This document shows positions 31,099 to 40,599 of a stretch of 64,000 nucleotides of DNA, in pieces. This stretch comes from Candidatus Nanoarchaeia archaeon (GTDB lineage: Archaea > Nanobdellota > Nanobdellia > Woesearchaeales > UBA10216), in the NCBI GenBank assembly GCA_028279045.1, contig JANQSZ010000022.1, positions 16,388 to 80,387 on the forward strand, in the 5' to 3' direction. A model generated the notes under the pieces. The model was not told the origin of the DNA. It made no database searches and worked only from the letters and a program-made list of their open reading frames with translations. Every line of letters starts with the position of its first letter. The stretch's first letter is position 1. The translations under genes were made by a program, and so were the position numbers.

Positions 31099-31367
31099 TG
31101 AGGCGGTCTGCTGATTTAAATAGGTTTCTTTGGGTCAAGAGAAGAATATTGAAGACTAGAAGAGTGCTTATTATTAGATGCGGAAAAATCTGGGAAAGGC
31201 CAGAAGAATAGAAAGACTGGGGAGTGGGTCGGATGTGTGGGATTGTGTTGAACAGCACGAAAGCTACAGCGATGGCAAGGAGATTTGACATGGCCTTCTA
31301 AACGTGAGCGCTTTCTTAAACTATAGGGCAGAATGTTCGGAAATTCACGAAAGAAATCTTAATAAAG

Positions 31368-31898
31368 ATGGCGAATGACGTGAATTCTATGAGTGAAAAA
31401 GCAAAGGAAATGATCGATATTGTCGATGATGATGACAACGTCATTGGAGAAGGGGAGTTAGTGAGTGTTGTTACCTCTGGCAAAATCTTTCGGGCAGCGC
31501 GGGTCGTTGTCATTAATAGTAGAGGGGAATTTGTTGTCCATAAAAGAAATCCCGACATGATCGTGTTCCCTGGACATTTTGATATTGGCGCTGCAGGAAT
31601 TGTGAATGCTGGTGAAGACTATAAACAAGCAGCAGAACGAGAACTAGAAGAAGAACTGGGAATTGCAGGAGTTGAGCTGACTCATTTTATTTCATTCAAA
31701 GCGCGAGGTAGGCGAAACCTTAATGTGCAAGGCTTTTGGTGTAAATACGACGGACCCCTCAAAATACAACCAGAAGAAATTACAGAAGCGTCTTTTATGA
31801 GTATTGAAGACGTACAAAGCATTATTGCTGATCAACCATTTCATCCTGGAGGGAAATTTGTGTTCGAACGGTGTGTAGAGGAAAAATGTTATCAGTGA
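31368..31898 (+). CDS. Nudix hydrolase (IPP-isomerase-like subgroup)
   Basis: Nudix box GIVNAGEDYKQAAERELEEELGI (GX5EX7REUXEEXGU). Confidence 0.7.
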   Translation: MANDVNSMSEKAKEMIDIVDDDDNVIGEGELVSVVTSGKIFRAARVVVINSRGEFVVHKRNPDMIVFPGHFDIGAAGIVNAGEDYKQAAERELEEELGIAGVELTHFISFKARGRRNLNVQGFWCKYDGPLKIQPEEITEASFMSIEDVQSIIADQPFHPGGKFVFERCVEEKCYQ

Positions 31899-32791
31899 AC
31901 TTGTGCGGAATTGAAATGAGGAACCCCACTATGCTAGCATCGGGAGTCATGGGGGTATCAGGAGCGTCGCTCAAATATGTTAGTGAGAATGGTGCTGGCG
32001 CTGTTGTATCTAAATCAATTGGGCCTGAAGAGCGGAAAGGGCACCCAAACCCCGTGCTGGCGGAATTCAAAGGAGGATTCTTGAATGCTGTCGGTCTACC
32101 GAATGCAGGTGTTGAAAATTCTCTTGGAGAACTGGAGTTTGCACAAAAAAATGCATCCTGCCCGGTTATTGTTAGTGTGTTTGGCGGATCAAAAGATGAG
32201 TTTGTTGACGTTGCGGTTAAGGCGAACAGTATCGGGCCTCCAATGATAGAGCTGGACCTTTCCTGTCCAAACACTGAAGTTGATTTTGGAAAACCTTTTG
32301 CAACGAGCTGTGATGATGCAGCGTATATTATTAGAGAGATCAAGCAACGCATCTCAACACCTATCATGGCAAAGCTTGCACCAAACGTTCCAAATCTTGC
32401 AGAAATAGCAAAAGCATGCGAGGATGCGGGCGCTGATGCGATAAGTGCTGTTAACACAATGCCCGGCATGCTGATTGATATTGAAACGAAGAAACCTGTT
32501 TTGTACAACAAATCCGGCGGAGTGAGCGGACCTGCATTGCACCCGATTGCTGTAAAATGCGTGTATGATATATCTCGAACTGTAAAAATTCCTGTGGTTG
32601 GAATTGGTGGAGTAACGACGGGAAAAGATGCACTCCAGATGATGATGGCAGGTGCTACCGCAGTTCAAATCGGGACGGCGATATATTATCGAGGGATCGA
32701 CGTATTTAGACAAGTGTGTGAAGAAATGGAAACGTACTTGAAGGAAAATAATTATTCGAGCATTAATGAGATAATTGGAGCTGCACACTGA
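31886..32791 (+). CDS. pyrD: dihydroorotate dehydrogenase catalytic subunit (class 1B)
   Basis: MRNPTMLASGVMG, NAVGLPNAGVE and PIMAKLAPN are conserved PyrD motifs. Confidence 0.85.
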   Translation: MLSVNLCGIEMRNPTMLASGVMGVSGASLKYVSENGAGAVVSKSIGPEERKGHPNPVLAEFKGGFLNAVGLPNAGVENSLGELEFAQKNASCPVIVSVFGGSKDEFVDVAVKANSIGPPMIELDLSCPNTEVDFGKPFATSCDDAAYIIREIKQRISTPIMAKLAPNVPNLAEIAKACEDAGADAISAVNTMPGMLIDIETKKPVLYNKSGGVSGPALHPIAVKCVYDISRTVKIPVVGIGGVTTGKDALQMMMAGATAVQIGTAIYYRGIDVFRQVCEEMETYLKENNYSSINEIIGAAH

Positions 32792-33576
32792 TGGAATATC
32801 CTAAAATGGTTACTGTAGATCGTGTTGAAGATGAAGCAGCAGGAATCAAAAACATATTCTTTAAGCATGATTTGCAAGCTAAGCCAGGGCAATTCGTTAT
32901 GGCATGGCTACCTGACATGGATGAGAAACCGTTTGCTGTTGGTTTTCAAACTGCCGAGGAATTCGGGTTAACTGTTTCTGCAGTCGGACCATTCTCCAAT
33001 ACGTTTAGTCAAGTAAAACCAGGAGATCGCGTCGGGATTCGGGGGCCGTATGGAACGGGATACAAGCTGGAAGGTAAGAAGCTCGTTATGGTCGGTGGAG
33101 GTTATGGTACTGCATCACTAGCGCTGCTTGCAGACCACGCACTGCAACAAGGATGTGAGATTACATTCATCGTCGGTGCGCGATCGAAAGACCTTCTTGT
33201 GTATACCGAACGCATCAAACAAATGGGATGTACACTTATCACCACAACCAACGACGGAAGCGAAGGAATGCAAGGTTTTACAACAGATGCTCTTGAGAAA
33301 TTACTTTCAGAGCAGACGGTTGACAAAGTCTTTTCCTGTGGTCCTGAAAAAATGCTGTTGAAAGTAGCAGAAGTTTGTAATGGTAAAGTTTCCTGTGAAG
33401 TGAGCTTGGAGAGATACATGAAATGCGGCTTTGGGATTTGCGGGCATTGTTGTGTAGATCCTATCGGGATACGACTTTGCGTCGAAGGACCTGTTGTTCC
33501 TGGAGAAACAGCGCTGAAAATCACAGAACTTGGGAATTATCACCGCGTACAATCCAGTAGGAAAGAAACACTATGA
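32791..33576 (+). CDS. pyrK: dihydroorotate dehydrogenase electron-transfer subunit
   Basis: FAD/NAD-binding fold plus C-terminal 2Fe-2S cluster motif CGFGICGHCC. TGATG overlap with pyrD. Confidence 0.8.
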   Translation: MEYPKMVTVDRVEDEAAGIKNIFFKHDLQAKPGQFVMAWLPDMDEKPFAVGFQTAEEFGLTVSAVGPFSNTFSQVKPGDRVGIRGPYGTGYKLEGKKLVMVGGGYGTASLALLADHALQQGCEITFIVGARSKDLLVYTERIKQMGCTLITTTNDGSEGMQGFTTDALEKLLSEQTVDKVFSCGPEKMLLKVAEVCNGKVSCEVSLERYMKCGFGICGHCCVDPIGIRLCVEGPVVPGETALKITELGNYHRVQSSRKETL

Positions 33577-34844
33577 CATTACTTATACGAGGCGGAGAAG
33601 TATTTTTGGGAAATTTGCAGAAAAAGAACATTCTCATTGATAATGGGAAGATCGTTGACCTTGTTGATGATGAACCGCAAACCGATGATGTTATTGATGC
33701 AGATGGATTGATTATACTGCCGGGAGCTATAGACGCACACGTGCATTTTCGAGAACCAGGAAACACCGCAAAAGAAGACTTTCTAACAGGAAGTCAGGCT
33801 GCGGCAGCAGGCGGGGTTACAACTGTTCTTGACATGCCTAATAATAACCCACCTATAACAACTATCAAAGCGCTTGAAGAAAAAAGAAAACTTGCTGCCA
33901 AAAGTGTAGTTAATTTTGGATTGTTTATGGGTGCTACCGAAGATAATGCTGACGAGATTAAAGAAGCAAAGAACATACCCGGAGTTAAAATCTACATGGG
34001 ATCTTCGACCGGAAACTTGCTTGTTACAGATGATGAAGCGCTAAAACGAATATTTTCAACAGGAAAGCTTTGTGTTGTCCATGCTGAAGACGAAGATCTC
34101 ATGAAAGAAAACATGAAGGTGCACACAAAAAACCATGTATCTTCGCATGGAAAGATTCGAAACAGAGAGAGTGCGCAGAAAGCGCTCCTTCGCGCCATTG
34201 AGTTGAGCGGATCTGCCAAAATACATATTGCTCACATCAGCACTAAAGAAGAATTGGATGCAATTCGTAGGGCAAAACAGGTGAATGTAGCGATAAGTTG
34301 TGAAGTTACTCCACATCACTTGTTTTTGAGTGAAAAGGATACAGAACAATTGCTTAACTACGGGAAGATGAATCCCCCTCTCCGATCGGCAGAAGATGTA
34401 AGCTTGCTTTGGGAAGGACTTCGGGATGGAACCATTGATATTGTTGCAACCGACCACGCACCGCATTTGCGTGAAGAGAAAGATAAAGATTATTCAGACG
34501 CTCCCTCTGGAATTCCGGGAGTAGACACGATGTTACCCCTGCTGCTTGATTCGGTTCAGCAAGGAAGAATCTCATTGGAGCGTGTAGTGGAAGTAACATC
34601 ATCGGCTCCAGCTCGAATATTTGGGCTGAAGAAGGGAAAAATAGAAAAAGGCTACGATGCAGACCTGGTTTTAGTTGATATGAACAAGGAACAAATTGTT
34701 CGCCCTCGAAGTAAATGTGGGTGGAGCGCATTTGAAGGGCAGACGTTGAAAGGGTGGCCACAAATAACGCTCGTCAACGGACAAGTTGTGTTTGATGACG
34801 GGGAAACAGGAGAAACTCCTGCAAAGGAAGTGAATTTTATATGA
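33573..34844 (+). CDS. pyrC: dihydroorotase
   Basis: GAIDAHVHFREPG metal-binding HxH; DHAPH near the C-terminus; 423 aa. Confidence 0.8.
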   Translation: MTLLIRGGEVFLGNLQKKNILIDNGKIVDLVDDEPQTDDVIDADGLIILPGAIDAHVHFREPGNTAKEDFLTGSQAAAAGGVTTVLDMPNNNPPITTIKALEEKRKLAAKSVVNFGLFMGATEDNADEIKEAKNIPGVKIYMGSSTGNLLVTDDEALKRIFSTGKLCVVHAEDEDLMKENMKVHTKNHVSSHGKIRNRESAQKALLRAIELSGSAKIHIAHISTKEELDAIRRAKQVNVAISCEVTPHHLFLSEKDTEQLLNYGKMNPPLRSAEDVSLLWEGLRDGTIDIVATDHAPHLREEKDKDYSDAPSGIPGVDTMLPLLLDSVQQGRISLERVVEVTSSAPARIFGLKKGKIEKGYDADLVLVDMNKEQIVRPRSKCGWSAFEGQTLKGWPQITLVNGQVVFDDGETGETPAKEVNFI

Positions 34845-35470
34845 AAGAAGAAATCGCACGGACATTGTTGCAAGCAAATGCAGTGAGCATTAGAGTAGAT
34901 GAGCCGTACACCTTTTCGTCGGGGATCAAAAGCCCTATATATTGTGACAATAGAATTCTTATATCGAATCCTGAAAAACGAGAAGCAATTATCGGCGGAT
35001 ATCTGGAAGCACTTCAAGGGCTTTCGTTTGATGTCATAGCAGGTGTAAGTTCTGCTGGTGTTCCATGGGCAGCGTTTTTGGCCGATCGGTTGAACAAGCC
35101 GATGGTATATGTGCGGAAGAAAGCGAAAGAACACGGAAAAGTTAACCAAATTGAAGGAACTATTAAACCAGGGCAGCAAGTCGTGGTAATTGAAGACCTG
35201 GTTAGTAGCGGTGGAAGCTCATTGAACGCTGTGATAGCAGTTAGGGAAGCAGGAGGAATTGTCGACCACTGCGTAGCCATAGTTACGTATGAAATGGAAA
35301 CAGCGAAAAGTGCATTCTCCGAGGGAGCATGTATCCTTAAGACGCTCACAGATTTTAGTACACTCATGAATGTTGCAGAAGAAGATCATTCGATCTCATC
35401 AGAAGAGAAAGTGCTGGCGTTGGAATGGAATAAAAACCCACAAGAATGGAACGCCGCTGTTAATAATTAG
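34841..35470 (+). CDS. pyrE: orotate phosphoribosyltransferase
   Basis: PRPP-binding motif VVVIEDLVSSGGS; 209 aa. Confidence 0.85.
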   Translation: MKEEIARTLLQANAVSIRVDEPYTFSSGIKSPIYCDNRILISNPEKREAIIGGYLEALQGLSFDVIAGVSSAGVPWAAFLADRLNKPMVYVRKKAKEHGKVNQIEGTIKPGQQVVVIEDLVSSGGSSLNAVIAVREAGGIVDHCVAIVTYEMETAKSAFSEGACILKTLTDFSTLMNVAEEDHSISSEEKVLALEWNKNPQEWNAAVNN

Positions 35471-35480
35471 AGGTGGAAAT

Positions 35481-36047
35481 ATGAAATTAAAAATAGGTGT
35501 CATGGGACGATCACTCGAGAAACTTGATCCGAAACTACAGGCGCTTTGCTACGAAGTAGGAAAACAAATTGCACTCCACAATTGCATCTTGGTGAATGGA
35601 GCGTGCTTCGGCGTACCGTATGAATGCAGTAAGGGAGCGAAAGACGCTGATGGATTTGTTGTTGGCATATCACCGGCAATGAACGTGCAAGAGCACACTA
35701 TGCGTTACAAGTTTCCGACAGACATGTTTGATCTGATTGTTTATTCTGGGTATGGATTCAAAGGAAGAAATGTTCTGAATGTTAGTACAGCGGATATAGT
35801 ACTTGTAATCGGAGGTGCTTCTGGAACCTTGAATGAATTTAGTATTGCATACGACGACGGAAAAGTGATTGGCGTGCTTCTAGGAAGCGGCGGAATCACA
35901 GACCACTTGAAACACATCATTGAAGTTTGTAATAAGAATACAGGGGCAAAGATTGTCTATGATCGCGATCCACACAAACTGGTTTCGCGTGTACTTGAAG
36001 TATACAAAACTCACCAAGAAAAATATTCTGACACGTGTCCGCCATGA
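35481..36047 (+). CDS. LOG-family (TIGR00725/COG1611) Rossmann protein, possible nucleotide 5'-monophosphate nucleosidase
   Basis: GGASGTLNEF matches the LOG PGGxGTxxE signature. Start at ATG 35481 preceded by AGGTGGA Shine-Dalgarno. Sits between pyrE and pyrF. Confidence 0.6.
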   Translation: MKLKIGVMGRSLEKLDPKLQALCYEVGKQIALHNCILVNGACFGVPYECSKGAKDADGFVVGISPAMNVQEHTMRYKFPTDMFDLIVYSGYGFKGRNVLNVSTADIVLVIGGASGTLNEFSIAYDDGKVIGVLLGSGGITDHLKHIIEVCNKNTGAKIVYDRDPHKLVSRVLEVYKTHQEKYSDTCPP

Positions 36048-36886
36048 ATTATACTGAACAACTCAAAGCGGCAGCACAAAACAATGGTAGCCTTATTTCT
36101 CTTGGGCTTGACCCTGTCCAGGAAAGACTTCCTGTGAAAGGGGAAATAGAAACTGCGATAACCGAATTTTATACTAAGCTGCTCGACGGAGTTTTGGCAG
36201 AGAATACATCAATAGGCTGCGTGAAACCAAACTATTCCTTCTACGCACAATATGGGTTTCCTGGATTGAGAGCGCTTCAATCAATCATTACGTTTTGTAG
36301 AGAAAGAAAACTTCCTGTAATACTGGATGCGAAACGGGCAGATATTGGAAAAACAAGTGAAGCGTCTGCACGAGAAGCGTTTGATTTTTGGAAAGGGGAT
36401 GCCGTTACGATAGCACCCTACATGGGGAGCGATAGTGTCATGCCATTCATTAATTACAGCAGCCAGGGAAAAGGAGCATACATTCTTGTGCGCACTTCCA
36501 ACGTTGGTGCGGTAGACTTGCAGAATTTGACTGTTGACAACGAACCGTTGTACTTGAAAACAGCTGCAAAAGTTGTTGAGTGGCATCAACCGGGGACGGG
36601 TGCGGTAGTTGGAGCTACATACCCTGAGGAACTGCGGGCTATTGCAGATTACTTTGCGCAATCAGGGAAAGAAATACCTTTGCTCATTCCAGGGGTTGGA
36701 GCGCAAGGAGGATCTGCAGCAGACGTTGTGAATGCACTGCGGCAATCAGGAAGTGATCTGAGCATGCATCGAATTAACAGCAGTTCGGCAATCAACTATG
36801 CGTATGAAAAAGAAAGTACAGATGACTTTGTTGGGGCAGCGATAAAAGCTGTGAGCTCGCTGAACAGCGAGATAGGATTTAAATAG
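36044..36886 (+). CDS. pyrF: orotidine 5'-phosphate decarboxylase (type 2)
   Basis: LISLGLDP...; about 280 aa, typical of type-2 OMPdecase. ATGA overlap with the LOG gene stop. Confidence 0.8.
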   Translation: MNYTEQLKAAAQNNGSLISLGLDPVQERLPVKGEIETAITEFYTKLLDGVLAENTSIGCVKPNYSFYAQYGFPGLRALQSIITFCRERKLPVILDAKRADIGKTSEASAREAFDFWKGDAVTIAPYMGSDSVMPFINYSSQGKGAYILVRTSNVGAVDLQNLTVDNEPLYLKTAAKVVEWHQPGTGAVVGATYPEELRAIADYFAQSGKEIPLLIPGVGAQGGSAADVVNALRQSGSDLSMHRINSSSAINYAYEKESTDDFVGAAIKAVSSLNSEIGFK

Positions 36887-36906
36887 GCTGCTTGAATTCT
36901 TATTGT

Positions 36907-37461
36907 ATGGAAAAAGTAATACCAGATGACTTCGACCCAGAGCCAAAAGAGCCAGGTCGAATGCAGAAATTCTTTGACAGACTTGCGTATATAGTCATGA
37001 CACTTGTTCTGCTATTCTTGTTTTTGAGTTTCTTAGTACCAGGGGAAGGATTTCTGAGCTTTCTTGCTGGGATTAGCGCGAGTTCCACGTTAGACGATTT
37101 ACAAGTTGATACTAAACGAGGGGGAATTGTTACGTTCCAAGAAGATGCATATGTACAGCTGCTTGAAATTTATAACACGGAACAGGAACACGAATTCAAA
37201 GTGTGTTTGCAAGGCGAAAGAAATGGTGATGACTTCCTGGTTACGGGGTTGACGGTGCCGGTCATCTATGACCAGACTGTGTTTAGTGTTCACTCCGCTC
37301 GATGCCCGGCAGAAACAATCATACCGTTGCATAGTCATCCCTTCCGGCGGTGCATCCCATCTGAACAAGACTTGAGATCACAAGAATCTTTCTCGAGAAC
37401 AAACCCTGAGTCACTGGGCGCGTTGATGTGTGAGAAAGACCGATTTACGTTCTATGGTTAA
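36907..37461 (+). CDS. membrane-anchored JAMM/MPN+ metalloprotease-like protein
   Basis: LHSHPFRRCIPSEQD fits the JAMM motif HxHx7Sx2D, with upstream EHEF glutamate. N-terminal TM helix AYIVMTLVLLFLFLSFLV. Confidence 0.55.
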   Translation: MEKVIPDDFDPEPKEPGRMQKFFDRLAYIVMTLVLLFLFLSFLVPGEGFLSFLAGISASSTLDDLQVDTKRGGIVTFQEDAYVQLLEIYNTEQEHEFKVCLQGERNGDDFLVTGLTVPVIYDQTVFSVHSARCPAETIIPLHSHPFRRCIPSEQDLRSQESFSRTNPESLGALMCEKDRFTFYG

Positions 37462-38343
37462 CTACATATTTCGCAATCGCTTGATCCGATCTTCGATTGG
37501 CGGATGAGTAGAAAACAGGTTTGAGAAACTCTTCTTCGAAATAGGAGAAGAGATAAACAGATGTGCTGCTGCCCTGTTTGATGATTCAATACGAGGGTCA
37601 GGATCGTTCTTGATTTTTTCCAAGGCTGCTGCAAGCCCTTCAGGATAGCGCGTCATGACCGCACCGGAAGCATCGGCGAGATATTCTCTTTTCCTGCTTA
37701 GTGCAAGTTTAATGAGGTTCGCTATAACAGGAGAGAGAACAATGAGCACTAAAGCTATGATAATAAGTGCAGGATGACCACCGCGATCATCCCGCCTTCC
37801 GAATATCATGGAATACCAGAGGAAATCTGCGAGGAGTAAGATGACACCAACCAGAGCTATTGTTACCATCAAGAAACGGATGTCGTAATTCTTGATATGA
37901 GACATCTCGTGAGCAATTACCCCTTCGAGTTCTTGACGATTGAGTTTCTGGAGCAATCCTGTGGTAACGGTAATGCTTGCGTGCTCAGGGTCTCTTCCCG
38001 TAGCGAATGCGTTCAACGCAGAGTCATTAATGACATATGCTTTTGGCTTGGGAATTCCTGCAGCTATCGCAAGTCCATCGATTGTGTGGAACAGATGCGG
38101 GTATTCCTGCTTTGTAACTTGCTTGGCGCCGGTCATCTGTAAGATCATTTTGTCGCCGGTGGACAAACTGATGACAGCGTAGATTGCAGATGCTATAACC
38201 GCGAGCACTGCGCCTGGAATCCAGGAACCGTACATAATGTATGTGAATGCTCCTCCAATAACGCCTGTGAAGGCGATGAAGAGACTCATAATTACATTAG
38301 ACTTAAGCTTGTTTGAACGGACTTGACTAAATGCACTTTTCAT
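37462..38343 (-). CDS. htpX: M48 zinc metalloprotease HtpX
   Basis: HEMSHIKNYD (HExxH), multiple TM helices, 293 aa. Confidence 0.8.
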   Translation of the reverse strand: MKSAFSQVRSNKLKSNVIMSLFIAFTGVIGGAFTYIMYGSWIPGAVLAVIASAIYAVISLSTGDKMILQMTGAKQVTKQEYPHLFHTIDGLAIAAGIPKPKAYVINDSALNAFATGRDPEHASITVTTGLLQKLNRQELEGVIAHEMSHIKNYDIRFLMVTIALVGVILLLADFLWYSMIFGRRDDRGGHPALIIIALVLIVLSPVIANLIKLALSRKREYLADASGAVMTRYPEGLAAALEKIKNDPDPRIESSNRAAAHLFISSPISKKSFSNLFSTHPPIEDRIKRLRNM

Positions 38344-38345
38344 GA

Positions 38346-38906
38346 TCAGAACTTAACTTTGACGTTTTTCTTCTCAGCAGGAGTGGCCTCGAAAGACTTT
38401 TCCTCTGTAAAGTTAAACATGTTAGCGAAAATGTTACCAGGAACCTGCTGGATTCTGTTGTTGTACAGCATCACCATGTCATTATAGTGCTGGCGTGCAT
38501 ACGCAATCTTGTTTTCAGTGCCTGCAATTTCTTCCTGGAGTTGGAGGAAATTTTGATTTGCCTTCAAATCAGGATAGTTCTCTGAAACTGCGAACAAGGA
38601 TTTTAGAGTGTCAGAAAGCATGTTGGATGCTTTTCCTTTTTCTTGGACTGAGCTGGCTTTCATTACTGCTGACCGCGCTTCTGTTACGTTTTCCAGCAAC
38701 TTTTTCTCGTGCTTAGCGTAGCCCTTAACGGTTTCAACCAAATTTGGAATCAGGTCGTTCCGTCGCTTGAGTTGGACGTCTATCTGAGCAAGACTGTTTT
38801 TTACTTCGTTGCGAACACGGATCAGACTGTTGTAGATGTACCCAATAAACAAGAGTACAAACAATCCTATTCCTGCTCCTATCCAAACAAGTACCATACA
38901 ACGCAT
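38346..38906 (-). CDS. lemA: LemA family protein
   Basis: N-terminal TM then [54 protein letters not shown]; common LemA-HtpX pairing. Confidence 0.75.
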   Translation of the reverse strand: MRCMVLVWIGAGIGLFVLLFIGYIYNSLIRVRNEVKNSLAQIDVQLKRRNDLIPNLVETVKGYAKHEKKLLENVTEARSAVMKASSVQEKGKASNMLSDTLKSLFAVSENYPDLKANQNFLQLQEEIAGTENKIAYARQHYNDMVMLYNNRIQQVPGNIFANMFNFTEEKSFEATPAEKKNVKVKF

Positions 38907-38922
38907 GAAAGAAGCTCGTCTT

Positions 38923-39552
38923 TTAAATATTGTGTTTAGTGAACAGTTCAAGAAGTTCCTGAGGGGAATGAGCTAGGTGAGTTGGCTTTGCTGAGCTGAG
39001 GAGCCGTTCGCTGTGATATCCCCAAGTAGCTGCAATAGTTACTACGCCGGCTTGATTTCCTTCAGCGATGTCGCTTACAGTATCTCCAATGAAATAGAAT
39101 TGAGACTCTGGGTAATCTTGTTTAAGATGGTCAATCTTTTCTGCTTTGCTTTGATGAAGATCCCCACCAAACACCTCTGAAAAATGATTTATGTTTTCCT
39201 GCTTGAGTTTTCTTTTAATTGCTTCGGTTATATTTGAAGAAATAATGAAAAGTTTGGCGTTTTGGGAAAGAACGTGGATCGCTTGCTGAATGCCAGCAAA
39301 TACTGCTGCGTTGTTTTCGTGATATTCTTGACGGAGGTGCCACTCGTCATCGCTCTGGAGAATTTCTTGATCTGACATGCCTTCTTGGCGTAGAACATCA
39401 TAGAAATTCTTGGTGAACAGATTCACAAACTCCTCGTGGGTCTCTGCGCGCTTCAAACCGTACTTGCCATGAAAATGCTCGTTGTAAATTTTACGGTTTC
39501 GCTCCGCAGAATCGACGATAACACCGTCGAAATCAAAGATTATTATTTTCAT
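38923..39552 (-). CDS. HAD-superfamily hydrolase (phosphatase, subfamily IA)
   Basis: [15 protein letters not shown] motif I (DxDG); start set at 39552. Confidence 0.7.
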   Translation of the reverse strand: MKIIIFDFDGVIVDSAERNRKIYNEHFHGKYGLKRAETHEEFVNLFTKNFYDVLRQEGMSDQEILQSDDEWHLRQEYHENNAAVFAGIQQAIHVLSQNAKLFIISSNITEAIKRKLKQENINHFSEVFGGDLHQSKAEKIDHLKQDYPESQFYFIGDTVSDIAEGNQAGVVTIAATWGYHSERLLSSAKPTHLAHSPQELLELFTKHNI

Positions 39553-39553
39553 G

Positions 39554-39805
39554 CTATTCCTTAGGATACAATTCTCGAAGCTTTTCAACTAAATTCCTTT
39601 CAGCAAAAACTACAACATAATCCTGTAGGTTAGAATCAGCTTCTACGCTTCTGTAGTGTTCTATGTACATTCCCACTATTTCTTCTTCAGTACTTCCAGG
39701 GAAATTGACTGTGTTTCCCATCGCAAACCTTTCAGCTCGCTCCTCTAGTTCGTCAAGAGGTAACCGTTCGGTTCGTACCTCGACTGGTTCAGCGCTCATG
39801 CTCAA
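39554..39805 (-). CDS. hypothetical small acidic protein
   Basis: 83-aa ORF tightly packed upstream of the HAD gene (1-nt spacing); no family recognised. Confidence 0.35.
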   Translation of the reverse strand: MSMSAEPVEVRTERLPLDELEERAERFAMGNTVNFPGSTEEEIVGMYIEHYRSVEADSNLQDYVVVFAERNLVEKLRELYPKE

Positions 39806-39830
39806 AAGAGAAGTTTTCGATTATATATTC

Positions 39831-40538
39831 TTATTCATTCACCAAGTAGGCATAGGAAACAGAATGGTTTTTCTCGAGAGATTTGAGAGCGGATTTTGTT
39901 ATAAAGAGCGCGAAAATGCCCGCGACGTCAGCCTTTGCCTGGCTGCAAATAGATGTGAGAGCGTTGAATGTTGAGCCGCCTCGGATAACATCATCAACAA
40001 TGAGAACGTGATCGTTTTTCTTAAGTAAGTTCTTAGGGATGTAAAATGGAGATCGTATTGGTTTTTCAGAGGTTGAAATGGAAGCGTAGTGGCCTGCAGT
40101 GGTGATTTCTTGAATTTGCTTTGCGTACACCATCTGAACTCCCAGTAGTTGAGCAATTGACTGTGCAGGGGGTATTCCGTCGACAGCGGCAGTGAACACC
40201 TTGGATACTTTGGGAAATTTCTTCGCTGCTTTGTGTGCTATGACTGAGAGAAGAAATGGTTGAGATAGAATATCTGCGGTTACGATATACTTGTTGTTTT
40301 TTGGTACAGCGGCTTCCAGAATTCTTGAAAGATAATTTTTTTCAAATACTGTAATAATCTGATCTGCGCGTTCCTGTTTGGGAAGTACGTAGCCATTAAT
40401 GTAGCGGTTGAGGACACCTGCTGGAAGTTTTAGTTCCTGCGAAAGCTGCCGAAATGTGCGTACTCCTTTCATGGATCTTAAGCAATCCACAGCAAGCAGT
40501 TTGTTTCGTGCCTCCTCAGTTGCAGCTGTTGGCATTGT
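39831..40538 (-). CDS. HTH-phosphoribosyltransferase fusion (PurR-like / PyrE-like regulator candidate)
   Basis: N-terminal HTH (LLAVDCLRSMKGVRTFRQLSQELKLPAGVLNRYINGYVLP); C-terminal type-I PRTase fold with PRPP loop VLIVDDVIRGGSTF. Divergent from purA. Start ambiguous (40538 or 40577; longest ORF 40721 would overlap purA). Confidence 0.55.
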   Translation of the reverse strand, partial: TMPTAATEEARNKLLAVDCLRSMKGVRTFRQLSQELKLPAGVLNRYINGYVLPKQERADQIITVFEKNYLSRILEAAVPKNNKYIVTADILSQPFLLSVIAHKAAKKFPKVSKVFTAAVDGIPPAQSIAQLLGVQMVYAKQIQEITTAGHYASISTSEKPIRSPFYIPKNLLKKNDHVLIVDDVIRGGSTFNALTSICSQAKADVAGIFALFITKSALKSLEKNHSVSYAYLVNE

Positions 40539-40547
40539 TACAGAGGA

Positions 40548-40568
40548 GTGTACAAAACCTATATAAGG
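40548..40568. promoter_or_regulatory. GTGTACAAAAC box immediately upstream of TATA (ctatataagg) of the purA promoter
   Basis: gagtGTGTACAAAACctatataagg; the same 11-mer recurs at 43721; about 30 nt upstream of the purA ATG. Confidence 0.55.
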
Positions 40569-40599
40569 ATTTGTCATTTGCGACACACTCTTGGTGTGA

